A DNA stretch of 64,000 nt from Chloroherpetonaceae bacterium (GTDB lineage: Bacteria; Bacteroidota; Chlorobiia; Chlorobiales; Thermochlorobacteraceae), in the NCBI GenBank assembly GCA_025056565.1, contig JANWWA010000003.1:100263-164262 (forward strand), read 5' to 3'. This document shows, piece by piece, positions 29,010-36,797 of the stretch. Positions within the stretch are counted from its first letter, which is position 1. Each line of letters begins with the position of its first letter. A program made the position numbers and the translations under genes. The notes beneath the pieces are model-generated. The model saw nothing but the letters and a program-made list of their open reading frames with translations, made no database searches and was not told the DNA's origin.

Positions 29010-30626
29010 TTAGTGTCGTCGCAGCGGTTCAGTTCGATGTGCAAGCTCCCAACCTACGGCAAAAGTTAGCTTGACAATCTTCACCATTTTCTCGAGATGA
29101 ATTTTCTCAAAGTCATCGCTGGGCTCGTGATAGTCAGCATGCGTGCCATTGAAAAAGAAAATGACAGGAATCCCGTTCTTGGCAAAGTTGTAGTGGTCGC
29201 TGCGGTAGTAAAATCGGTTGGGGTCGTTGTCATCGTTGTATCGGTAATCCAGTGTGAGATTGACCGTTGCACGATTCTGCCGTTGTAAGACGGCGTCAAG
29301 GTCTTTTGAGATTTTGTCTGAACCAATCACATACACATAGTTTGGGTTGCCAAGCTTTTCATACTTTTCATCAATGCGACCAATCATATCAATGTTGAGG
29401 TTTGCTACAGTGCGTTGAAGCGGAAACTTGGGGTGTTCGGTGTAGAAGCGTGAGCCTAAAAGTCCCTTTTCTTCGCCAGCGACCGTAAGAAAAATGATAG
29501 AACGAGGCGGGCGCACGCCATTTTTGGCAAAGGCTTCGGCAAGCATCAAAACGGCTGTTGTGCCTGAGCCATCATCATCTGCACCGTTAAAGACCCGTCC
29601 GCTGATGCCTACGCCCACGTGGTCGTAATGTGCAGAGTAGACAATTGCTTCGTGCTTCATGACGCTGTCGCTACCCTCTAACATGGCGCACACATTTTCG
29701 CTTGCTAAGATGTCTTCCTCAACATCAATCGTAAGCTCGAGCCGAACAGTTTTTAGTTCAAACGACGCAGAGCGAGAAAGTGAAAAAGCGGTTGCAAGTT
29801 CATTGACCGTCTTTTTGCGTGGCGAAAGGATGGCATTAGCGACTTCTGCCGAGATGAAAATGAGCGGTGCTCGTTCTGCACGGCTGAGCGTAGAAACTGG
29901 CTCTGACTCAGGCTGATGAAGCGACATTGTACTCATTGCAAGCTGGTCTTTCATAGTGGCGAACTGCTCGGCTAAACTCGGTGTACCACTATGTCCAACA
30001 ACAATGCACACAGCGGCAGGTTGTGCGTCCAAAGCGGCAACATACTTAGTGTATGCATCACTCCAACGCTCCAGCGCAGCGGATTGAGCTTGCGTGCGCG
30101 GTGCACCAGCAAGCAAGAGCACCATTTTACCTTTTGCATCAACGCCATCGTAGTCGGAATAACCTAACTTCCTATCACGAATGCCATAGCCGCAGAACAC
30201 AACGGTGCCACTCAGCTCTGCGGCGTGTGCACTGCGAAGTGAGAACGCAAAGTCTTCAAAGAGCTTGCGGTATGTATGAACGGTGTTTCCAGCTTTGACC
30301 ACCAATTGACTCTTTTGCCCAAGGCGACGCTCTTTGACAGTGAAGCGCTGGAAAAAAGTGCCGCTATCGCCTAAGGGAGTCAGTCCCAAGCGCTCAAAGT
30401 GCGAAGCGATATATCGGGCAGCAATTTTTTGTCCGCGCTTCGCCGTTTCTCGACCTTCCAATTCATCGCTGGCTAAAAAACGCAAGTGAGCACTGGCTAA
30501 CTGCGGTTGCAGAAGCTGATAGCCTATCTGCTCAGTGGCAGGGGGAACAGTTGGACGTGTAGCCAAAAGCAGCATCGCTAAAAGCGACGCTGTAAGTAAA
30601 AACCCTTTGAACCGATGGTGAGACAT
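29010..30626 (-). CDS. M28-family aminopeptidase with PA domain
   Basis: Signal peptide. Shows HYDHVG, GADDDGSGTTAVLMLAEAF, GEEKGLLGS and HADYHEPSD, the M28 zinc ligand pattern. Confidence 0.8.
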   Translation of the reverse strand: MSHHRFKGFLLTASLLAMLLLATRPTVPPATEQIGYQLLQPQLASAHLRFLASDELEGRETAKRGQKIAARYIASHFERLGLTPLGDSGTFFQRFTVKERRLGQKSQLVVKAGNTVHTYRKLFEDFAFSLRSAHAAELSGTVVFCGYGIRDRKLGYSDYDGVDAKGKMVLLLAGAPRTQAQSAALERWSDAYTKYVAALDAQPAAVCIVVGHSGTPSLAEQFATMKDQLAMSTMSLHQPESEPVSTLSRAERAPLIFISAEVANAILSPRKKTVNELATAFSLSRSASFELKTVRLELTIDVEEDILASENVCAMLEGSDSVMKHEAIVYSAHYDHVGVGISGRVFNGADDDGSGTTAVLMLAEAFAKNGVRPPRSIIFLTVAGEEKGLLGSRFYTEHPKFPLQRTVANLNIDMIGRIDEKYEKLGNPNYVYVIGSDKISKDLDAVLQRQNRATVNLTLDYRYNDDNDPNRFYYRSDHYNFAKNGIPVIFFFNGTHADYHEPSDDFEKIHLEKMVKIVKLTFAVGWELAHRTEPLRRH

Positions 30627-30649
30627 TGACTTTGCTTTTTTTGCGAATA

Positions 30650-31177
30650 CTAAGCTATGCGTTCTCGTGTAAGCGCTTCAATAAGTTGGCGGTGCTGTGG
30701 GTAAGCCTCTATCAGTTTTTGGCGAGAAGCTAACTCAAAGTCTGCAAAATCAAAGCCGGGTGCAACAGTGCAACCTGTCAGTGCAAAAGAATCAGGCTGA
30801 GTTACTTTTGCAGCAAACCAACATTGTGCAGGCACAGTGGCTTGAAAAACTTGCCCATCTTCAATAGCACGACCTAACACAACGGTTTGCAGCGTTCCAT
30901 CTTGATGAAGCATATACAGTGCAAGTGGCGAACCGTCATAAAAGTGCCATATTTCGTCAGACTGAATGCGGTGAAAAGCCGAAAAATCGTCGCTGCGCAA
31001 AAGAAAGTAGATGGAGGTGCCAAAGCAGCGCTCACCTGAAAAGCGTGCAGGCAAAGCAGTGTGTGCAATCATTTCCTGAGAGCGATAGACTTCTCGAAAG
31101 AAACCGCCTTCTGGATGAGCTTGCAAGCCTAACGCAGCAATGAGGTATTGAGCTTTGGAATAGGTGTGCGGAGTCAT
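30650..31177 (-). CDS. Cupin-fold protein, DUF985 family
   Basis: L.L..HPEGGFFREVYRS followed by SIYFLL....FSAFHRIQSDEIWHFYDG is characteristic of DUF985 cupins. The start overlaps the adk stop (ATGA). Confidence 0.75.
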   Translation of the reverse strand: MTPHTYSKAQYLIAALGLQAHPEGGFFREVYRSQEMIAHTALPARFSGERCFGTSIYFLLRSDDFSAFHRIQSDEIWHFYDGSPLALYMLHQDGTLQTVVLGRAIEDGQVFQATVPAQCWFAAKVTQPDSFALTGCTVAPGFDFADFELASRQKLIEAYPQHRQLIEALTRERIA

Positions 31178-31836
31178 TCGACCTCTTTGCCATTGAGCGC
31201 AATTGCTTCAATCGCCTGCGTCACTTCCTCAATGCTTCGGTTAGCGTCTATGTCAATAGCTAAGCCTTTGGCGCGGTAGTATTCCAACACAGGCTCCGTT
31301 TTAGCGTGATACTCCCTGAGGCGTCGGCGCACAGTGTCTTCTTTGTCATCATCGCGCTGTCGCAAATCGGTGCTGCCGCATTTATCGCATTGACCAGCCA
31401 CTTTGGGCGGCTGATAGAACTTGTTGTAAATCGCGCCGCAATTGGCGCAGGTAAGTCGGCCAGACAAACGGCGGATAACCTCGTCTTCTGGCACAGTAAG
31501 ATTAATCACATGGTCAAGCGTTTGACCAGCACGCTGCAGCAAGTCACTTAGGGCTTCGGCTTGAGGCACAGTGCGAGGAAAACCATCAAGCAAAAAGCCT
31601 TTGCAAGCTTGCGGAGAGCTAAGCACTTGCTCAATCATTTCAATAATGACGGCATCTGGCACCAGCTCACCCCTGTCCATATATGCTTTGGCTTTTAGAC
31701 CAACAGGCGTTTGTGCTGCAACGGCGCTGCGCAGCATATCACCTGTAGAAAGGTGAAGCACATGATGTTTCTCAGCCAAAATTTTGGCTTGTGTGCCTTT
31801 GCCAACCCCAGGCGTGCCAAATAAAATCATTCTCAT
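31174..31836 (-). CDS. adk: Adenylate kinase (long form with Cys4 zinc lid)
   Basis: P-loop GTPGVGKGTQA, GFLLDGFPRT, and lid CANCGAIY...CDKCG. Confidence 0.95.
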   Translation of the reverse strand: MRMILFGTPGVGKGTQAKILAEKHHVLHLSTGDMLRSAVAAQTPVGLKAKAYMDRGELVPDAVIIEMIEQVLSSPQACKGFLLDGFPRTVPQAEALSDLLQRAGQTLDHVINLTVPEDEVIRRLSGRLTCANCGAIYNKFYQPPKVAGQCDKCGSTDLRQRDDDKEDTVRRRLREYHAKTEPVLEYYRAKGLAIDIDANRSIEEVTQAIEAIALNGKEVE

Positions 31837-32456
31837 TGTTCAGCCACATTTGTTTTGTCACTTTTCGGAATTTGCTTGATTTGGATTTTGCCGCCTTTTG
31901 TGCCTTGCACCACGATGGGTTTGCGTTCAGGCGTGGGCGTGGCAGGTGATTCAGGTTTGAGAGAAGGTTCGCTGTTGGGCGCTTGCGACGGTGCGGACGA
32001 AACGGTCTGGGTAATAGGCGTTTCAATCACTTCATCATCAAGGGCAGAGAGGAAAAATGCAATGGCGCGTCGAGTTTCGCCCAAGTCGCCTTTTGTTGGG
32101 GCATTAGAGATGCATTTGCAGTTGACGCTGGTTTGCTTTGTGCCGTCAGGCAACGTCTCTTCGGTAAACCAGATTGAAAGCTCAAGCGTATTGCCGCCAA
32201 GCGCCAGCGAGGTAACTTCACACTTAAGCAGCGCCATGCCGCCCAAATTTTTTTGGCGCGTCTTGATTTGCCAGCCAAGCCAGCGACTCAGCACCGTTAC
32301 AGCCGCATCGTAGGTTTCACCAACAGGGGCGCGGTATCGCCGTGTTTTAAGTTCCAAAAATTCGGGATTGTCCGAGGTTTCAGACTCGCGCTGGGTAAAA
32401 GCCAGCACAAATTTTCTCAGAAGGGCTTCGGGGCGTAAGTCTAACTGAAAAGGCAT
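31833..32456 (-). CDS. Hypothetical protein with Pro/Ser-rich basic C-terminus
   Basis: The ORF is translationally coupled to adk through an ATGA overlap and lies 16 nt after rlmN. No motif is recognised. Confidence 0.55.
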   Translation of the reverse strand: MPFQLDLRPEALLRKFVLAFTQRESETSDNPEFLELKTRRYRAPVGETYDAAVTVLSRWLGWQIKTRQKNLGGMALLKCEVTSLALGGNTLELSIWFTEETLPDGTKQTSVNCKCISNAPTKGDLGETRRAIAFFLSALDDEVIETPITQTVSSAPSQAPNSEPSLKPESPATPTPERKPIVVQGTKGGKIQIKQIPKSDKTNVAEQ

Positions 32457-32472
32457 ACTTCAAGTGTTAAGA

Positions 32473-33600
32473 TTAAGGTGATTCTTCAGAACAGACCGAC
32501 TGTGCCAAACGAATGCGTTTTGCAGAGCGTGTTTGGGTTGCCAGTTGCCCACAGGCAGCATGGATATCGCGACCACGACTGCGACGCACCGTTACGGTTA
32601 GGTTCGCTTCGACCAACTTGCGAATAAATGCATCTCGGGTGGCATCGTCAGTGCGCGCATAATCGATGTTAACAATCGGATTGTAATCAATCAAATTGAT
32701 TTTGCAAGGGACGGCGCGTGCAAATTTGATAAGTGCCTTCGCATCGTCCTCGCCATCATTGATACCGCGCAGCAAAAGGTATTCAATGAAGATGGGCTTA
32801 TGTTGTTTGTGTGCATAGTGCTGCAGCGCAGTTTTTAGCTCCCCTAGTGAATACGTTTTCGCAATAGGCATGATCGCTTGGCGTTTTTCCTCAATCGCCG
32901 AATGCAGCGAGATAGCCAAGCGGCACTTATGGGGACTTTCTGCCAAATCCAAGATACCGGGCACAATTCCTGCGGTTGAAATCGTAATATGCCGCTCACC
33001 AATTTTGAACTGGTAGCGGTCATGCGAGAGAATATCAATCGCTTCTTTGACGCGCTCCAGATTAAGCAGTGGCTCGCCCATTCCCATAAAGACAACATTG
33101 GTAATGCGCTGGCTGTAGCGCGCCTGAGCAAGCTGCATCGCACCCAACACTTGGTCAGTGATTTCGCCAATTGTAAGGTTGCGGGAAAAGCCCATATAAC
33201 CCGTTGCACAAAATGTGCAAGCAAGCGCACAGCCAACTTGCGACGAGACGCAAACAGTCATTCGCTTGCGTCCTTCACGCAAGTCAGGAATGAGCACGGT
33301 TTCAATGTGTGCGCCGTCCGAAAGCTTATAGAGCAGCTTAATTGTTTGGGCATTGTCCGTCTCACTTGATACGGTACTGACGACTGGCTCTAAACGAGAG
33401 ATGAAGAAGCGTTGCGACAGTTTCTCCCGCAGAACTTTGGGCAACGAGGTCATTGCGGAAAAGTCCGTTGTGTCAGATGCGTAGACCGAGTGTCGCACCT
33501 GTTCCGCACGGTAGGCAGGCTCTCCCATGCTAATAAGCACGTGCTGAAGCTGTTGAAGGCTGAGCGACTTGAGGTCTTGCTTGCCTGTTTCCGCCGTCAT
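32473..33600 (-). CDS. rlmN: Radical-SAM 23S rRNA/tRNA m2A methyltransferase RlmN
   Basis: Shows YRAEQV, the radical SAM cluster motif CALACTFCATG, NVVFMGMGEPLLN, and C-terminal DIHAACGQL. Confidence 0.9.
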   Translation of the reverse strand: MTAETGKQDLKSLSLQQLQHVLISMGEPAYRAEQVRHSVYASDTTDFSAMTSLPKVLREKLSQRFFISRLEPVVSTVSSETDNAQTIKLLYKLSDGAHIETVLIPDLREGRKRMTVCVSSQVGCALACTFCATGYMGFSRNLTIGEITDQVLGAMQLAQARYSQRITNVVFMGMGEPLLNLERVKEAIDILSHDRYQFKIGERHITISTAGIVPGILDLAESPHKCRLAISLHSAIEEKRQAIMPIAKTYSLGELKTALQHYAHKQHKPIFIEYLLLRGINDGEDDAKALIKFARAVPCKINLIDYNPIVNIDYARTDDATRDAFIRKLVEANLTVTVRRSRGRDIHAACGQLATQTRSAKRIRLAQSVCSEESP

Positions 33601-33623
33601 TGCTCTACGATTTTAGCACATCG

Positions 33624-33659
33624 AAGAAAAAACGCCTGCAACGCTTTCAGCAGGCGTTT
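33624..33659 (-). terminator. Rho-independent terminator downstream of tRNA-Gln
   Basis: Read on the minus strand, a 10-bp stem AAACGCCTGC / GCAGGCGTTT with a 10-nt loop is followed by a T6 tract. Confidence 0.7.
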
Positions 33660-33672
33660 AAGCTAATCAGGT

Positions 33673-33747
33673 TGGTTGGGGTACCAGGATTCGAACCTGG
33701 GAATGTCGGCTCCAAAGGCCGATGCCTTACCGCTTGGCGATACCCCA
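33673..33747 (-). tRNA. tRNA-Gln (anticodon UUG), CCA encoded
   Basis: The reverse complement reads TGGGGTATCGCCAAGCGGTAAGGCATCGGCCTTTGGAGCCGACATTCCCAGGTTCGAATCCTGGTACCCCAACCA. The acceptor stem is TGGGGTA/TACCCCA, the anticodon stem TCGGC/GCCGA, the loop CTTTGGA, and the T-arm CCAGG-TTCGAAT-CCTGG. Confidence 0.9.
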
Positions 33748-33959
33748 ATACACAAGAGTGGCGGTGATGAAAGCGCCTCGCCTCCAACTGGAAGTCTCCC
33801 GAGACTTCGTTGCAAGTAGAGAGGTTTAGGATAGATTTTCGCTTTACCCTGCGAATGAGGTTAAGGCGAGGCGACTTTCGAACTCGCTTGCTGCAAAAAT
33901 AAGCAAAGTTTCTCTCGAATGCAACAAAGAAGGGGGCTGTGGCAGGAAAAAAGGCCAAC

Positions 33960-34739
33960 CTAAAAGCTCAGCGTAAGTGCATTGCGCAGTTCAATGTCAA
34001 AAGGACGAACTGTGGGCACAGGCTCATTGTCATACCGATAATTCAAAATGATAGAAAGAATGAGCTTGTCTGTAATTCCCACAGCAAGGTTGCCTTCAAT
34101 CAAAATGCGGTGGTCGTCCCAGTGGCGGGTATCCACTTGGAAGTAACCAATAAGCTGCACAGATGTGCGAGCATTAAGGCGCCAAAGAATGCTAAGGTAG
34201 TTTGTCGAGCGCAAGAGTTTTGTCTCGGGGTTATCTGCAGCAAAGATTTCATTTTCCCACATTGCACCAATGCCTAATGTAAGTCGGATAGACATCACCG
34301 AATCAATTGGCTGCAAATGCAGAAGCATTAGGCGCATTCCAGAGCCGAAAAGTGAGCGACCTTTGAGCAAAATAAACTCATTAAACTCACGCTGGACGAA
34401 AAACTCTGGGTGAAAAGTGGTATCGAGATGCCAGATAAAGCGACCGTGCACAAAACCGCGGTACAGCAAAATTTGGTTGTCGGCAGAAGCCTGTGCGATA
34501 TCACCAACCACAAAAGTGGAAAACAGAGCAGTGTGATAGTCAGCGCGCAAACTGGCTTGCCAGCGAAAAAGCTCTGAATTGCCGGCATTGAAGCCAAAGC
34601 TAAGTTCAGCTCGCAATGAAAAGGGGGACGAACTCGATCGAAAAAGTGCTTCAGTGTTGACCTGCGCATAGATGCCTGAGCCAGCGTGTGAAAACAGCAT
34701 ACCCCACAGCAACACACTCCATCGCAGAAAAGGGCGCAT
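33960..34739 (-). CDS. Outer-membrane beta-barrel protein, DUF481-like
   Basis: Signal peptide MRPFLRWSVLLWGMLFSHAGSGIYAQ, the GFNAGNSE motif resembling the DUF481 tsGN motif, alternating beta-strand pattern, and a C-terminal aromatic residue (LTLSF). Confidence 0.5.
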   Translation of the reverse strand: MRPFLRWSVLLWGMLFSHAGSGIYAQVNTEALFRSSSSPFSLRAELSFGFNAGNSELFRWQASLRADYHTALFSTFVVGDIAQASADNQILLYRGFVHGRFIWHLDTTFHPEFFVQREFNEFILLKGRSLFGSGMRLMLLHLQPIDSVMSIRLTLGIGAMWENEIFAADNPETKLLRSTNYLSILWRLNARTSVQLIGYFQVDTRHWDDHRILIEGNLAVGITDKLILSIILNYRYDNEPVPTVRPFDIELRNALTLSF

Positions 34740-34756
34740 CCTAAGAGGCGTAAGAT

Positions 34757-35713
34757 TTAATCAACATGTTTCACATAGTAGCAGACGCTGGAGGCAAGCT
34801 CTGGCGTAATGCCGTTGATAGCAGCAAGTGAGCCCCACCAGATAGCGCGCAGCACTGTGCCAATCCCACTTGACTGTCCTTGCATAGCCGCACAAAGTTG
34901 CTCGCTGAGAAGCGCATTGTAGTAGCTATCTAGCGGCAAGCCATGCATATCCACAATTCTTAGGCGATGTTTCCCAAGCAAAGCGGCAAAACTCTCAGGT
35001 GTAAAGTGATAGAGATGACGGGGGGCATCTAAAGCCACCCAGTATTTGCCATAGTGCTGCGCATCGAGACTGTTTAAGTTAGGCATAGCCGTAACGAATA
35101 GCCCATTGCGCCTAAGCAAGCGGCGTAGTTTGTCAAGCGTTTCATTAAGCCGATGAATGTGCTCGAGTGTGTGCCACATCACGATAAGGTCCTGTGGCTC
35201 ATCAATTTGCACAGTAAGCAATTCGCCGTGATAGACAACAAGTTCGTTTTCGTCGCGGGCGTATCGAGCAGCTTTTTCAGAGATTTCAATGCCAGTCAGG
35301 TTGAGCACCGCATCGCTGTGTCGTCTGAGCGCCAAAAGAAAATCGCCTGTGGCACAACCAATTTCCAGCACATTATAGACTCTGCCCGCTAATAGGTTTG
35401 CACGACGCAACACTTGTCTGGCTTTGTAGCGTAGCGAGATAAATTCTCGGATAAACTTGTAAGTCCGCTCTCGCCACGAGGTAGCTTGCCGAAGCGAGAT
35501 GAAAGGATCATAGTCTAATGCATCATAGAATTTACCTATCTCCGCTTGTGTGGGGCGTGGCGACAGCAGGGTCAAGCCTGATGCCCGAGCCGTTACGACC
35601 TGCCAAACCTCGCCGCCCGAAAGGTGAAATCGGTCAGGAGCAGTGTAGCGCAGTTCAAACTCTGTAGAGCCAGAGATTGGACAAGCGGCCTGTTCAAGAG
35701 CGCAGTGAGACAT
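34757..35713 (-). CDS. Class I SAM-dependent methyltransferase
   Basis: SAM-binding motif VLEIGCATGDF, followed by DLIVMWHTLEHI. Confidence 0.8.
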   Translation of the reverse strand: MSHCALEQAACPISGSTEFELRYTAPDRFHLSGGEVWQVVTARASGLTLLSPRPTQAEIGKFYDALDYDPFISLRQATSWRERTYKFIREFISLRYKARQVLRRANLLAGRVYNVLEIGCATGDFLLALRRHSDAVLNLTGIEISEKAARYARDENELVVYHGELLTVQIDEPQDLIVMWHTLEHIHRLNETLDKLRRLLRRNGLFVTAMPNLNSLDAQHYGKYWVALDAPRHLYHFTPESFAALLGKHRLRIVDMHGLPLDSYYNALLSEQLCAAMQGQSSGIGTVLRAIWWGSLAAINGITPELASSVCYYVKHVD

Positions 35714-35719
35714 GTTGCG

Positions 35720-36604
35720 TCAGGCTTCGGTCAGTTCCAAAAAGGCTTCTTCCAGTGAGCGATGCCGCAAGGCTAAATGCGACAGCACAACTCCCTTCTC
35801 AAAAAGGTAGCGGTTGAGGTCGGCTAAGTTGCCATCCGATAGCTCAACCAGTAGAGTGTCGCCTTCCTTAGTCGCTGAGACGAACTTTTCATATCCCTGC
35901 ACGACGGCTTGCAGAAGCAGCATATCCTCGGCGCGCAACTGGGCAAGCGGATTTTTACTGATAATTTCACGCAAGCTGCCTTGTGTTAAGATTTTGCCTT
36001 GCTTGATAATAGCTAAATGGGTGCAGGTTTGCTCGACTTCGCTGAGCAAATGGCTTGAGAGGAAGACGGTCTTGCCCGATTCAGCAAGCGATTGAATGAT
36101 GCGCCGCACATCACGAATGCCCTCTGGGTCTAAGCCGTTGGTGGGTTCGTCCAGAATAATCAGCTCAGGGTTGGCAAGGGAGGCGGCAGCAATCGCCAAG
36201 CGCTGCTTCATTCCTAAGGAGTAGGTAGAAAATTTGTCTTTCTGCCGTGAGGAAAGCTCAACCAGTGCCAGTGCAGCCTGAATTTGCTTTTCAGTAACAT
36301 CTTTGATTTTGGCAACAATGCGTAGGTTGTCGTACCCACTAAGGTAGGGATAAAAGTTTGGGGTTTCCAGTGTGGCACCAATGCGTCGCCGAGCTGCATT
36401 AAGGTCATTTGTCTCAAAGAGCCGAACTGAACCCTCTGAGATGTTGATAATGCCGAGAAGCATACCGATTGTCGTGGTCTTACCGCTCCCATTGGGACCT
36501 AAGAAGCCGAAGACTTGCCCTTTCTCCACGTGAAATGTGGCGCTATCGACCACGCGTCGCCTGCCATAGATTTTCGTGAGCGACTCTGCTTCTATAACTC
36601 GCAT
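35720..36604 (-). CDS. ABC transporter ATP-binding protein (ABC-2/CcmA-like), no adjacent permease
   Basis: Walker A GPNGSGKTTT, signature-like YSLGMKQRLAIA, Walker B LIILDEPTNGLD. I place the start at Met36 (MRVIEAESL), because the longer ORF would run into the upstream terminator hairpin. Confidence 0.85.
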   Translation of the reverse strand: MRVIEAESLTKIYGRRRVVDSATFHVEKGQVFGFLGPNGSGKTTTIGMLLGIINISEGSVRLFETNDLNAARRRIGATLETPNFYPYLSGYDNLRIVAKIKDVTEKQIQAALALVELSSRQKDKFSTYSLGMKQRLAIAAASLANPELIILDEPTNGLDPEGIRDVRRIIQSLAESGKTVFLSSHLLSEVEQTCTHLAIIKQGKILTQGSLREIISKNPLAQLRAEDMLLLQAVVQGYEKFVSATKEGDTLLVELSDGNLADLNRYLFEKGVVLSHLALRHRSLEEAFLELTEA

Positions 36605-36705
36605 GAAGTCTTGGTTTGGCTTGGCGCAAAGGTAAGGAATCAATGCTAAAAAATCTATGCAGATGTTGTGGCAGAACTTTGCATGAGGGCAGTAAGTAGG
36701 TAGTT

Positions 36706-36746
36706 TCAAAACAAGGAGCAGACCCTCCCCTGCTAAGGAGAGGGTC
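36706..36746 (-). terminator. Rho-independent terminator after the BNR-repeat gene
   Basis: Read on the minus strand, GACCCTCTCC-TTAGCA-GGGGAGGGTC forms a 10-bp stem with one G-U pair, followed by TGCTCCTTGTTTTG. Confidence 0.55.
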
Positions 36747-36797
36747 AGGCTGAAAGCACTTTTGAACGCAGCATCGTATATGAAGGCAAGCTCGAGG

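Noticed and set aside
33647-33958. 103-aa minus-strand ORF spanning the tRNA-Gln locus
   Set aside because: It runs straight through the tRNA and its terminator, and the tRNA cloverleaf explains the sequence.
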